This document shows, one piece after another, positions 16,901 through 27,418 of a DNA stretch of 64,000 nt. The first letter of the stretch is position 1. Each line of letters opens with the position of its first letter. The notes under the pieces were generated by a model, which did no database searches, was not told the origin of the DNA, and saw only the letters and a list, made by a program, of their open reading frames with translations. A program made the translations under genes and the position numbers. The DNA is from Parcubacteria group bacterium Greene0714_7 (GTDB taxonomy: Bacteria > Patescibacteriota > Minisyncoccia > Phycocordibacterales > Phycocordibacteraceae), in NCBI GenBank assembly GCA_007378985.1, contig VMHB01000001.1, positions 128,252 through 192,251 on the forward strand, written 5' to 3'.

Positions 16901-17881
16901 ATGAAAAAGAAACCAGTAAAAAATAACGTAGTTATCTATCAAGCAAAAAACGGCGCTATTGAGCTTCGTGGGGATTTTGAGCATGAGAGTATTTGGGCAA
17001 CACAGGCTGAAATAGCTCGACTATTTGATGTGACTCCTCAAAATATTACTTTACACCTTGGAGGTATTTTTAAGGAAAAAGAGCTTGATCAAAAGGCAAC
17101 TTGTAAGGATTTCTTACAAGTTCAAACAGAGGGAGATAGGCAGGTAAAGAGAAACGTTAAGCTCTATAATCTTGATGTCATTATTGCTGTTGGTTACCGA
17201 ATTAATTCGGTAATAGGTACGAATTTTCGCATATGGGCAACCAAGACGCTCCGTGAGCACATAACCAAAGGCTACACAATAAACCGTAAGCAAATCGGCA
17301 AGAATTACGATTCTTTTATGAAAACGGTTTCGGACATTCAGGCACTGTTGCCCGAACACGTAACGCTCGACCCTAAAGCGATACTCGAACTTGTAAAAGA
17401 GTTCTCAAGTACGTGGGTGTCACTTGATGCCTATGACAAAGGAACGCTCAAGGCTGTTGGATCAACTAAAAAATCAATTACACTCACCGGTATTGAATTG
17501 ACTGAAGCGATTTTGAGTTTCCGTTCCGAGTTGTTGAACAAAGGTGAGGCAACAGAGATATTTGCACAAGAAAGATCTGAGGGAAGTGTTGAAGGAATAG
17601 TAGGGAACGTCATGCAATCATTCGGTGGCAAACCCCTCTATGTGTCTCTCGAAGAGAAAGCGGCACACCTCTTGTACTTTATGGTGAAGAATCATCCGTT
17701 TGTTGATGGCAACAAACGCTCAGGTGCATTTGCGTTCATTTGGTTTTTACGTAAAGCAAAAGTTAAAACAATGCGGAATATAAACCAGGGAGCGTTGACT
17801 GCGCTTACTCTTTTGATTGCAGAAAGCGATCCCGATAAGAAAGACCACATGGTTGCGTTGGTTACAGAGATTCTGAAGTAG
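16901..17881 (+). CDS. RhuM-family N-terminal domain fused to Fic/Doc (death-on-curing-type) domain protein
   Basis: The RhuM-like N-terminus is VVIYQ ... IELRGDFEHESIWATQAEIARLF ... NLDVIIAVGYRINS ... FRIWATKTL. The C-terminal Fic motif is HPFVDGNKRSGA. Confidence 0.65.
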   Translation: MKKKPVKNNVVIYQAKNGAIELRGDFEHESIWATQAEIARLFDVTPQNITLHLGGIFKEKELDQKATCKDFLQVQTEGDRQVKRNVKLYNLDVIIAVGYRINSVIGTNFRIWATKTLREHITKGYTINRKQIGKNYDSFMKTVSDIQALLPEHVTLDPKAILELVKEFSSTWVSLDAYDKGTLKAVGSTKKSITLTGIELTEAILSFRSELLNKGEATEIFAQERSEGSVEGIVGNVMQSFGGKPLYVSLEEKAAHLLYFMVKNHPFVDGNKRSGAFAFIWFLRKAKVKTMRNINQGALTALTLLIAESDPDKKDHMVALVTEILK

Positions 17882-18185
17882 TTTTTCCTAACAGTGAGCG
17901 CACCCCGGTGAGTATCAAAGTTAAGCCCAGAAAACTCTTGTGGGGCTTGATGGAGAAATTTACGGAACCGAAGATGTTAGTCAAGTAGAGTTCAATGTAC
18001 AAGGATCCTTTTATATTTTGAACAATTTTTAATGACTGAGTTCTAGAAAAAGTTACAGACGACGTAGAGCGAGGGAAATGAAACGTACTCATTTCATTTT
18101 CGAGCCGAGGAGGGGGGGTATGCTCGAAAACCACGGGGCTTGCTCCTGCGTACCTTTACAGACTTTTCTAGGATTCGAAACTGTT

Positions 18186-18845
18186 CTACTGATGACGGGT
18201 AGTGATACGAAAAGCTACAAAGACAATAAATGAACCAACAAGAATACCTGCAACATTTAAAAGAAAAATAAGCGCTGATTCATAAAAAAGATTTACATCA
18301 AAACGTCCGAGAGCGATAGCGCTCGCGATCAGGGGTGGCATGAGGGAGACAGCGATGCCGATACCAGTAAGAGCATTTCCCACTTTAACGCGCATCTGGC
18401 CGTATGATGCTATCGCTCCTGCTATGAGCGCGATTGCGAGGTCATAAAAGGGGTGTGCAATAAAGGAGATATATGTACCATTTATCGTAAACGGCGGAAG
18501 AAAGTGTGCAAAAATGCTCGCGACTACAGTTGCTACAAGCATGGCCAATACCAATACTCCAAAGGAGCGTAAGGCAATCTGCATGTCCTTTGTGGCGAAA
18601 CCTAAAGCTAACGCAAGGATGGGGGAGGCGAGCGGTGCGACAATCATGGCACCAATAAGAACGGGGATGCTGTCGAGTGCAATGCCACAAAGCGCGAACA
18701 GTGCCGCACCGACTGTGAGAAGATAGAAATCCCGATCAGGGGTCGCATTGTCTATAACATTCAAAACAGCGCTACGCCTCTCTTCATCTGTGTAGGGTCG
18801 TGACTGGAAGAGAGAGTTCATATCTAACAAACACTCTAACATCAA
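18186..18845 (-). CDS. DUF389 family membrane protein
   Basis: Polytopic TM protein with the glycine-rich helices typical of DUF389/TIGR00341. Confidence 0.5.
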   Translation of the reverse strand: MMLECLLDMNSLFQSRPYTDEERRSAVLNVIDNATPDRDFYLLTVGAALFALCGIALDSIPVLIGAMIVAPLASPILALALGFATKDMQIALRSFGVLVLAMLVATVVASIFAHFLPPFTINGTYISFIAHPFYDLAIALIAGAIASYGQMRVKVGNALTGIGIAVSLMPPLIASAIALGRFDVNLFYESALIFLLNVAGILVGSFIVFVAFRITTRHQ

Positions 18846-18867
18846 AAAATACTGTTAGACTGAATGA

Positions 18868-20367
18868 ATGAAACTTTTCAAATTCCTTTCTCTTATAGGA
18901 GCGGTTTTATTCCTTGTGCCATGCGTGGTAATTGCAGTTGATATGACTGCCCCTGTGGCACCCGAAATGCCGGCGGGTCCTTCAATTTCCAGCGTCTCCG
19001 TTACAGACATTACCAATACGAGCGCACGAATTGATATTAATTCTGATGAGGTAGTGCAAGGATACGTCGAGTACGGCACGAGCAGAGAGTACGGCATGTC
19101 GACACCACTTACGAGCGAGTTTAGTACGTCACCTTCTTTTTTGCTGGAAAATCTTTCTCCTGAGACGCTCTATCATTACCGAGTCATTGTCATGGATTCA
19201 AGTGGCACGGCGACAATAACGGGCGACGAGACCTTTACCACGCTCGCGACTCCCGAACCGGAACCTGAACCGGAACAATCACCAACACAAACTGCGACTA
19301 CAACGACACCGACAAGCGACACAAATACGGCCACATCAACCTCAACTACCACCGCTACCACGACCCCGCCTGCCCCGGCGCTCGCAGTCTCGAATACGGA
19401 GACCGCATCGGTGAGCACTTCGACCGTACGCATTACCTGGCAGACCAATAAGAATGCCGATGGTCAGGTGCAATATGGCACGACCAGTGCATATGGATCA
19501 CTGTCACTGCTTGGCACGATCTCCACCTCGCACTCGATATCGCTGTCGAGTCTTACGCCAAATACGAAGTATTATTATCGTGCCATTTCCAAAACTTCTT
19601 CTGGCGAGACAGCGTATAGCCAACCCCAAACATTCACGACTCTTGTCTATGTGCCACCCACTCCTTCAACCGCCACTTCCACTTCTACATCGGGTGCGCC
19701 TGTACAAACCGCTACCACAAGTCCAGTAACTGTAGCTTCTTCAACTCCGCCCGTTTCAAATAGTTCTACTGTCATTGGATCAGTAACCAAACCCGGAGGG
19801 CTACCGGTCGCGCCCACGCGACCGCTACTGGTGCGTGTTGAAGTAGGTGACAGAAAGGTTGCTTTTGCATGGAAAAAAGATGTAGGAGTAAAAAACGCCA
19901 CTATACATACGCTCATTGTGAAAAAGGAAGGGACTTCGTATGTCACTTCACGCGTTGATGGGGCAGTCATCTACGATGGCCCATCGACATCTTTTACTGA
20001 TACGAATGTTGAGAATGGAAAGGAATACCACTACGCTCTCTATTCATATGGTATGTATGGCAGGTTCACTGCCCCGTTTCGTTTCAAAGTGATACCTCGT
20101 GCCGAAGAAAAAGCCAATTTCACTCCTGAAGTTGAAACATTGCCTACTCCCGCGCTTACCCGTGATCTCTTCCAAGGAAAGCAGGGCGAAGACGTCAAAG
20201 CTCTGCAAACATACCTCGCGTATGAAGGGTACTATCCTGAAGCACTCATAACGGGTTATTTTGGTATTCTCACGAAGAATGCGGTTACTCGATATCAGAA
20301 ATTGAATGACATCATACCAATGGCAGGATATGTTGGTCCAATTACTAGGGAAGCTCTCGGTAGATAA
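18868..20367 (+). CDS. secreted cell-surface protein with fibronectin type III-like domains, Thr/Pro-rich linkers and a C-terminal peptidoglycan-binding domain
   Basis: Signal peptide and FN3-like repeats (GTSREYGMSTPL, YYYRAISKTSSGET). The C-terminal PG_binding_1-like segment is GEDVKALQTYLAYEGYYPEALITGYFGILTKNAVTRYQ. Confidence 0.6.
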   Translation: MKLFKFLSLIGAVLFLVPCVVIAVDMTAPVAPEMPAGPSISSVSVTDITNTSARIDINSDEVVQGYVEYGTSREYGMSTPLTSEFSTSPSFLLENLSPETLYHYRVIVMDSSGTATITGDETFTTLATPEPEPEPEQSPTQTATTTTPTSDTNTATSTSTTTATTTPPAPALAVSNTETASVSTSTVRITWQTNKNADGQVQYGTTSAYGSLSLLGTISTSHSISLSSLTPNTKYYYRAISKTSSGETAYSQPQTFTTLVYVPPTPSTATSTSTSGAPVQTATTSPVTVASSTPPVSNSSTVIGSVTKPGGLPVAPTRPLLVRVEVGDRKVAFAWKKDVGVKNATIHTLIVKKEGTSYVTSRVDGAVIYDGPSTSFTDTNVENGKEYHYALYSYGMYGRFTAPFRFKVIPRAEEKANFTPEVETLPTPALTRDLFQGKQGEDVKALQTYLAYEGYYPEALITGYFGILTKNAVTRYQKLNDIIPMAGYVGPITREALGR

Positions 20368-20453
20368 CGTTACTTTCTGAGTTTTTCTTTTACCTGAACA
20401 TTTCAGATACAAAAATGTACAGGTAGCGTAACGTATATTTTTATTGCTACAAT

Positions 20454-23400
20454 TTGTCGGTGCAGATGTTTCGGCAGACATTTGGTTTTTTACTTATTGT
20501 GCTCATTTTTTTAAGCGCACCTTTTTCAGCGTTTGCAGCAACTATCTACGCTAATAGTTCTACTGGGAATGATTCAACTGGTGACGGAACCTCAGGGTTA
20601 CCGTATGCAACTTTTCATAAAGCCTACACATCAGCGAGTGCAAATGACACAATCGATCTTACGGGCACCTTTACGTGGACAGATGCAGCAGAAACCGGAG
20701 ACAGCGCAACGACGGGCTACACCATCGGAAAGAATCTCACTATCCAAGGTCAGGGAAGTAGTGCGACATACATCCAAGCAGCGAGTGCTTCAACGACTGC
20801 CGACCGGCGTGTGTTCACTATCTCTTCTGGAGTCGTTGTAACGATGGCCGAAGTGAACATTCGACATGGACGTATTACCTCGACAAGTTACTATGGTGGC
20901 GGCATCGCCAACAGCGGTACACTCTCCATCACCGACAGCGAAATAAACAACAATACCGCAGGTGGCGGAGGTGGCGGTATAGATAACGTAGGTACGACGA
21001 CTGCACAACGCATTTCCGTGTACAACAACACGACTACCTACATGGGTGGCGGTCTTCTCAACGACTACTACATCGGCACGGGTGGCTACTTTGTCGTTGA
21101 GAACTCGACTATCTATGGCAACCGACAGACTTCGACCAGCGGATACCTCAATGGCGGTGGCGTGCATGTGCGTGGCGGTAGTATGTCGCTTACCAACAAC
21201 ACCATCACAGGCAACATCGCCAAAGGTGGAGGTGGTCTCGGAATGGAAACAACTGGCTCGGTGTATTTGATGAACAACATCATTGCGGGCAACACATCTC
21301 AGACATACGGCTCAACATATAATGACCTAAAGAAAGACTCAGGCACTATCGTTGATAATGGGTACAACATTATTGGTCAGCCAGGTGGCTACTCGCTCGC
21401 TGCAACTGGCGATTGGAGCGATACGAATGTTGATGGTACCTACAGTCTCTATACTGTCGGCACGACAGGCTCGCTCAATCTCGACACTGGAGCGAGCATC
21501 AATGACAATGCAACTTCAACGCCTACTTGGGCGGTTCTTGCAAGCTCAATTGCTATCAACAACGGCTCGACCGGAAGCAATGGGGCGACATCGACGGTGC
21601 CAACTCTGGACCAGCGTGGCGCTAGCCGTAGCGGTACGACCGATATCGGTTCGTTCGAATATAACGGTTCCGGGCTCACTATTTCTGCTCCCTCGACGCA
21701 AGCGAGCGCAGTGTCGTTCAGTGCAGTCGAATACTACAAGATGACGATCTCGTGGACCAACGGCAGTGGTTCGCGTCGCACTGTTTTCATGAAAGCCGCT
21801 TCGAGTGGCACGGCCTCTCCGGTCGACGGCACAAGCTATACTGCCTCGTCGGTTTTCGGCTCCGGTACGCAGATAGGTTCTTCCGGATGGTATGCAGTTT
21901 ATGAGGGACTCAACTCAAGTGTTACTGTGACCGGATTGTCGGAAGGCGTCACCTACAGCGTGCAGGTGTTTGAGTACAATGGGATTACATCGGGGGCGGC
22001 AACATATCAGACGGCGAGCGCATCGAATAATCCAAATACGCAGGCGTCGCATACGAAGACCACGCTCTACATCAATGCCTCCACGGGAAATGATTCGACG
22101 GGCGATGGCTCGTCCGGTTCGCCGTACGCTACCTTTCATAAAGGATATACGACGGCATCCGAAGGCGATACGCTGAATTTGACCGGCACGTTCACCTGGA
22201 CAGATGCAGCAGAAACCGGAGACAGCGCAACGACGGGTTATTCGATCGCAAAAGAACTCATTATTCAAGGGCAAAGCGCTACCTCTACTATTTTCCAGTC
22301 CGCAACCGCTTCGACGACTGCCGACCGGCGTGTGTTTACGACCAGTTCCGGAAAGACCATTGCGTTCAACGACGTAACTATTCGGCACGGCCGTATCACG
22401 AGTTCGTCCTCGAAAGGTGGAGGTATCTACAGCCAGGGAACGACGACGGTGACCCGTGCGACTATTACGGACAACTACGTGAACGGTTATGGGGGCGGTA
22501 TCGCTCAGGAAGATACGACGAATGGCGGTTCACTCACACTTACCTCGAGCACGGTGGCAAACAACACGGGAGTTTCGCAAGGTGGCGGCGTCTGGAACGG
22601 AACGAGCTCGACAGGCACCGTGGACATCGTGAACTCAACCATTGCATTCAATGTTCAGCAGGCTTCGATTGCGACCGTGGGTGGTGGTGGCGTCGCATAC
22701 CGAAGTGGCAGTGGCACCATTACGAACAGCACCATTGTCTACAACAACATTCAAAACGGTGGAACCGCAAACGGTGCGGGGGTTTGGTTTAGCCCCGACA
22801 CATCCCATACGATAGAGCTCAAAAACAATATCATTGCAAATAACTACAAATCCGGTGCAGCACTTTCGGGTTCATATTACGATATCTATAAAGGAAGTAG
22901 TGGCACCTATACAGACAACGGTGCGAACATCATTGGTAAGTATACGAGCTCGAACCTGACCGTCGCATCGAGCACGTTGATAGATTTGCAGGGGACGACC
23001 GGTACGGGTGATGGCACTTTCACACGTTCAAGCGATGGTGGAAGCGGTTCTTTGTATCTCGACACCGCACTTGCCGATAACGGTGTCCTAAAGACACAGA
23101 CGATTGCTCTCACAAACGCATCAAGTATCGCAATCGGCAACGGTTATAGCGGGACGAATGGTTCCATCTCCGTCCCTTCGGTTGATCAGCGTGGCGGTGC
23201 TCGTGTTGGGACACTCGACATTGGTGCATATGAATACGGCGCGACGGTTGATACGACCGCACCGACCGTTTCGCTTACCGCTCCCTCGGCGAGTGCGACC
23301 GTCTCTGGTGAATCCGTTTCTCTTACGGCGACCGCTTCCGATGGCATAGGTGTCGCAGGTGTTTCGTTCTACGTGGACGGCGTACTTCAGGGAGCGGAAG

Positions 23401-24698
23401 ACACAACTTCTTCTTATGGTATTACGTGGGATTCAACCGCAACCTCAACCGGCTCGCACAGTGCCTTTGCTGTCGCACGTGACACATCTAGTAATTATGC
23501 AACATCATCGAGCGTCTCATTCACCGTGGACAATACAGATCCTGTCATTTCATCGGTCGCAACCACAACGACGACGACGACGGCAACCATTTCGTGGACG
23601 ACCGATGAAGTGGCTTCGACGAAAGTGAATTTCGGTATCACGTCGAATTATGGAACATCGACCGCCGAGGCAGACACCTCGCCACGCGCAACGAGTCATT
23701 CGGTCACGATCACCGGTCTCAAAGCCTGTGCACGCTATTACTACAATGAGGAAAGTACTGATGCTGCTTCGAACACCGCAACATCAACCGCAGCGACATT
23801 CCGCACAACCGGATGCACGGGAAGCGCTTCCGTATCCTCAACGGGGGAGGGCACCATCACGACCGCCGCAGGCGGTACGCTTGTCGAAGGGAGGCTGACG
23901 CTCTCGGTACCAACCTCGTTCACCTCGACATCAAGTTCGGCGACGTTCCAGGCACACCTTCTCGACGGCAGTACTTTCTTTTCAAGCGCAGGAAGTCCTT
24001 CGGGGAAAAGTCGCGCAGGCAGTACGGTTTACAATCTCATTGCGCTCACGGACGCAACAACAACACTCTCGACATTTTCATCCTCACTTACCGTCACACT
24101 TTCCTACACTGCCGATGACGTTACCGGCCTCGACGAGTCCACGCTCCAAATATACCGCTACGATAGTTCAAGTTGGAGTGCGCTTTCGAGTTGTTCTGTT
24201 GATACTTCAGGAAAAACAGTTACCTGTACCACCACAGGCTTCTCTGATTTCGCTATTTTTGGTGACGAGTCTTCCTCAAGTTCGTCTTCAAGCACGACGG
24301 TCGGCGGTGGGGTGATTGGTGGCCCTCTTGGGCTCGGCTATCAAAAGACCTCAGAGGAGGCAACACCAAAAAAAGTTAAAGCGATCACAGATAATTCAGA
24401 CTTTTTTGCCACTACAGCCAAATATAGGTTTACGAGAACACTCCGCGCACGATCAAATGGTGAGGATGTGCAAGAACTTCAAAAATTTCTTAATGCAAAC
24501 GGCTTTACGGTTGCCACTAAAGGCCCAGGTTCGCCTGGAAATGAGTCAGACTACTTTGGCCCCCTGACGTACAATGCTTTAGTTAAATTTCAGGAAGCGC
24601 ACAGAGACGAAATTCTTACACCAGCAGGTTTGAAAAAAGGCACGGGAATTTTCGGTGCTTTCACTAGGGGTTTTGTAAACTTGCTAGTCTCTCACTAG
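20454..24698 (+). CDS. giant (1414 aa) secreted surface protein: duplicated right-handed beta-helix module, Ig/FN3-like domains, C-terminal peptidoglycan-binding domain
   Basis: Signal peptide. Parallel beta-helix repeats (NNTAGGGGGGI, GGGVHVRGGSMSLTNNTITGN). The roughly 500-aa N-terminal module is duplicated, with an identical 41-mer at 20677-20717 and 22198-22238. The C-terminus is GEDVQELQKFLNANGF ... FGPLTYNALVKFQ. Confidence 0.65.
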   Translation: MSVQMFRQTFGFLLIVLIFLSAPFSAFAATIYANSSTGNDSTGDGTSGLPYATFHKAYTSASANDTIDLTGTFTWTDAAETGDSATTGYTIGKNLTIQGQGSSATYIQAASASTTADRRVFTISSGVVVTMAEVNIRHGRITSTSYYGGGIANSGTLSITDSEINNNTAGGGGGGIDNVGTTTAQRISVYNNTTTYMGGGLLNDYYIGTGGYFVVENSTIYGNRQTSTSGYLNGGGVHVRGGSMSLTNNTITGNIAKGGGGLGMETTGSVYLMNNIIAGNTSQTYGSTYNDLKKDSGTIVDNGYNIIGQPGGYSLAATGDWSDTNVDGTYSLYTVGTTGSLNLDTGASINDNATSTPTWAVLASSIAINNGSTGSNGATSTVPTLDQRGASRSGTTDIGSFEYNGSGLTISAPSTQASAVSFSAVEYYKMTISWTNGSGSRRTVFMKAASSGTASPVDGTSYTASSVFGSGTQIGSSGWYAVYEGLNSSVTVTGLSEGVTYSVQVFEYNGITSGAATYQTASASNNPNTQASHTKTTLYINASTGNDSTGDGSSGSPYATFHKGYTTASEGDTLNLTGTFTWTDAAETGDSATTGYSIAKELIIQGQSATSTIFQSATASTTADRRVFTTSSGKTIAFNDVTIRHGRITSSSSKGGGIYSQGTTTVTRATITDNYVNGYGGGIAQEDTTNGGSLTLTSSTVANNTGVSQGGGVWNGTSSTGTVDIVNSTIAFNVQQASIATVGGGGVAYRSGSGTITNSTIVYNNIQNGGTANGAGVWFSPDTSHTIELKNNIIANNYKSGAALSGSYYDIYKGSSGTYTDNGANIIGKYTSSNLTVASSTLIDLQGTTGTGDGTFTRSSDGGSGSLYLDTALADNGVLKTQTIALTNASSIAIGNGYSGTNGSISVPSVDQRGGARVGTLDIGAYEYGATVDTTAPTVSLTAPSASATVSGESVSLTATASDGIGVAGVSFYVDGVLQGAEDTTSSYGITWDSTATSTGSHSAFAVARDTSSNYATSSSVSFTVDNTDPVISSVATTTTTTTATISWTTDEVASTKVNFGITSNYGTSTAEADTSPRATSHSVTITGLKACARYYYNEESTDAASNTATSTAATFRTTGCTGSASVSSTGEGTITTAAGGTLVEGRLTLSVPTSFTSTSSSATFQAHLLDGSTFFSSAGSPSGKSRAGSTVYNLIALTDATTTLSTFSSSLTVTLSYTADDVTGLDESTLQIYRYDSSSWSALSSCSVDTSGKTVTCTTTGFSDFAIFGDESSSSSSSSTTVGGGVIGGPLGLGYQKTSEEATPKKVKAITDNSDFFATTAKYRFTRTLRARSNGEDVQELQKFLNANGFTVATKGPGSPGNESDYFGPLTYNALVKFQEAHRDEILTPAGLKKGTGIFGAFTRGFVNLLVSH

Positions 24699-24836
24699 AG
24701 CGTATTTGGCTTGCCCTCCCTGTCTGCGACCTGGTTGATCTTGAATCAAGCAGGTGTTCGTGTCTGATTCAAAATGAAATAAATGTTAAGGAAATGGGGT
24801 CGAAAATGACGTCAGTCACCATTTCTCCATTTCTGT

Positions 24837-25313
24837 TTAACCCCGCCTTGCTGCATCAATAGTAGCGACATCGATTTTTTGCATTGTCATCATTGCGTCG
24901 AAGGCACGCTTTGCTTCAGCGCCACCGACTGCCAAAGCTTCAGTGAGGGTGCGTGGTGTTATTTGCCACGATACTCCCCATCGGTCTTTGCACCATCCAC
25001 ACTCACTCTCTTTGCCACCATTCCCCACAATTGCATTCCAGTAGCGATCTGTTTCTTCCTGAGTGTCTGTTGCTATCTGAAAAGAGAATGCCTCGCTTTG
25101 CTTAAACACAGGGCCACCGTTTAAGCCAATACAAGGGATTCCGCAAACAGTGAACTCTACGGTGAGCACATCGCCCGCCTTACCACTTGGAAAATCACTA
25201 GGTGCACGAAAGACAGCCGTTGCCTTACTGTTGGGGAAAGTAGCTGCATAAAAGTTCGCTGCGGTTTCTGCGTCCGTATCAAACCAGAGACAAATGGTGT
25301 TCTTTGATGTCAT
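24837..25313 (-). CDS. VOC-family (glyoxalase/PhnB-like) protein
   Basis: ICLWFDTDAETAANFY ... CGWCKDRWGVSWQI resembles PhnB/3-demethylubiquinone methyltransferase-like VOC proteins. Confidence 0.5.
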   Translation of the reverse strand: MTSKNTICLWFDTDAETAANFYAATFPNSKATAVFRAPSDFPSGKAGDVLTVEFTVCGIPCIGLNGGPVFKQSEAFSFQIATDTQEETDRYWNAIVGNGGKESECGWCKDRWGVSWQITPRTLTEALAVGGAEAKRAFDAMMTMQKIDVATIDAARRG

Positions 25314-25451
25314 AGTTGTATACAGTATATCTTTTTTTAGACGCTGAGCGTTTCTAATAGACTGGCGAACCTCATTCTTTGACAGCTACTAGTTTCATGT
25401 TATAAAGTGAGTTACTGGTTAGATTTTTGAATATCTCTGGCTGTAGTTTTT

Positions 25452-25979
25452 ATGTCGAAACTAATAATAAGTATAGGCCTTCCTGGGTCTGGTAAGACCT
25501 GCATTCTAAAGTCTTTTGCGGAAAGATATGGCTATGAATATACCGGTGTTGATCAGGTTAAAGAGAGTTATGGTTTAAGTCGAAACAATACAGCAACAGA
25601 GAGGGAGTGGGACGATATGCGTCAACAGATAGTCGAAAGTGCCAAGAACAATAAAACACTGGTCGTGGATGTGAGTTTTTTGATGGCAACTTCTCTTCGA
25701 CAAAGATTCATTGCATTTGCTCGTGAGAATGGTGTTACAAAAATTCAAGGGTTGTTTGTAGACACACCCGCAGAGCTTGCCTGGAAGCGTGCCGAATCAC
25801 GAAAGGTGAGAATAAGTCGGGCTGCTTTTGACAATAAGCTCACTATTCTAAAGAGTTTACCGCCAGACATTAACGACGGTTTTGATTCGTTATTTACAAC
25901 TGATGAGTGCGGGAAGTTGGTTAGATCTGAGATGGCGTATCGCCCTAGAGAATTTCAGCGAGAAAAACTTGTAGCATAG
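25452..25979 (+). CDS. P-loop NTPase / kinase-like protein
   Basis: Walker A IGLPGSGKT, 175 aa. Confidence 0.5.
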   Translation: MSKLIISIGLPGSGKTCILKSFAERYGYEYTGVDQVKESYGLSRNNTATEREWDDMRQQIVESAKNNKTLVVDVSFLMATSLRQRFIAFARENGVTKIQGLFVDTPAELAWKRAESRKVRISRAAFDNKLTILKSLPPDINDGFDSLFTTDECGKLVRSEMAYRPREFQREKLVA

Positions 25980-26162
25980 TTGTATTTATTTGATATTTGT
26001 TCATTTGAGGGTCGAACGCGAGAGGCAAATCTCTATTCCAAAAATAGTAGTTTTTATATACAAAATCAAAAATGAAATAAATGTTGTTTTTGAATGTATT
26101 AGTATTGGCAAGAGGAAAGTATCTTCTTGCACCATGGTTATTACTTACTAAATGATACAATA

Positions 26163-26723
26163 ATGAAAAATAAGTTAGCGCATATATCAAAGAAGTCTCG
26201 AATGATTGCGGCGACAGCTTTTGTTCTCGGGCTGGCAGTAGTTGGAGGAAACCTTGCGTACGCAGATACCCTGTCAGCAAGCGATAAAAATAATCCAATG
26301 AGCTCTCTCGTGTCTGCTATTGCAACCAAGTTTAATTTGAACTCGGCAGATGTGCAGGCTGTTGTTGACGAGGTCATGAAGACAGAGCGCGCTGGGCATA
26401 TGGCCGAGATGCAGGCAAATCAGGCAACCAGACTTGCTAAAGCAGTGACCGACGGAAAGCTTACACAAGCGCAAGCTAATCTTATTACTGCGAAGTTAGC
26501 TGAAATGAAAGCTTCGATGGAAGCAAATAGAACAGCTAACCAAAATCTCACGGAAGCAGAGCGAAAGACTAAGATGCAAGCTGAACATGAAAGTCTCAAG
26601 GCATGGGCAACGGCAAATAATATTCCAATGAACTTTCTTGCACAATTCGGAGGCAAGGGACATGGGTTTGATGGAGGCAAGGGCCCTCATGGAAACGGTG
26701 GTGCACCACGGCAAGGTAATTAA
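26163..26723 (+). CDS. secreted hypothetical protein
   Basis: Signal peptide (MIAATAFVLGLAVVGGNLAYA), coiled-coil-like and glycine-rich C-terminus. An alternative start is at 26127. Confidence 0.4.
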   Translation: MKNKLAHISKKSRMIAATAFVLGLAVVGGNLAYADTLSASDKNNPMSSLVSAIATKFNLNSADVQAVVDEVMKTERAGHMAEMQANQATRLAKAVTDGKLTQAQANLITAKLAEMKASMEANRTANQNLTEAERKTKMQAEHESLKAWATANNIPMNFLAQFGGKGHGFDGGKGPHGNGGAPRQGN

Positions 26724-26839
26724 ATACTTTCTCTAAGTAAACAGACGTTTCCATCAAAACAGCCCATTAAGGGCTGTTTTGATTTGAAATAATGCTGACT
26801 CGGCTAGTGTAGTAGTAAGAATAGTTATAGATTGAATAC

Positions 26840-27418
26840 ATGGATGAACACGCACCTCAATCAGACGAACAGATAGCGGGGCGTATTCAGAAAGGAGAAA
26901 AGGAACAGTTCGGGGTCCTTATGGAGCGGTACGATAAGAAATTATCGCGCTACGGAAGAAGGTTTCTGTGGGATAAAGATAGTATCGAAGATATTGTGCA
27001 AGACGTCTTCATAAGCACCTTTAAAAATATCAACAACTTCGACACCTCTCTCAAATTTTCTTCATGGATTTATCGCATCGCACACAATGCCTTCGTGAAT
27101 GGTTTGAAGAAACAGCAGAAAAATTCACTTCCTAACTTTGATTTTGATGTTTTTGTTTCGCATGTTGCGTATGAGGATCCTGCGGTAGAAGAGCGCGAGT
27201 ATGAAGAGATGCAGAAACTCATTGCAGGAGGACTTGATCAGTTGAAACCTAAGTATAAGGAAGCCATTATTCTCCACTACCTGGAAGACTTTAGTTACAA
27301 AGAAATATCAGACATTCTTCAAATACCCACGGGAACAGTAGGAGTGAGGGTAAAGAGGGGAAGGGAGGCTCTCAAGAAAGTATACGAAAAAATGAACATA
27401 CAAACACACCATGACTAA
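26840..27418 (+). CDS. RNA polymerase sigma-70 family ECF sigma factor
   Basis: Region 2 (DIVQDVFISTFKNINNFD ... WIYRIAHN) and region 4 HTH (ISDILQIPTGTVGVRVKRGREAL). Confidence 0.75.
   Translation: MDEHAPQSDEQIAGRIQKGEKEQFGVLMERYDKKLSRYGRRFLWDKDSIEDIVQDVFISTFKNINNFDTSLKFSSWIYRIAHNAFVNGLKKQQKNSLPNFDFDVFVSHVAYEDPAVEEREYEEMQKLIAGGLDQLKPKYKEAIILHYLEDFSYKEISDILQIPTGTVGVRVKRGREALKKVYEKMNIQTHHD

Noticed and set aside
8240-18180. Integrase or recombinase expected next to tRNA-linked island
   Set aside because: I looked for tyrosine-recombinase (R..H..R..Y) and serine-recombinase motifs among the island ORFs and found none. The island is therefore described as integrase-less rather than as an intact prophage or ICE.
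21915-22388. Arg-rich 157-aa antisense ORF, plus several other ORFs (20533-20841, 21046-21744, 23104-24567, 23741-23923) inside the giant beta-helix gene
   Set aside because: All lie within or antisense to a 1414-aa gene with strongly biased Gly/Thr/Ser codon usage, which keeps alternative frames open. They have no motifs and no independent starts with RBS-like context.
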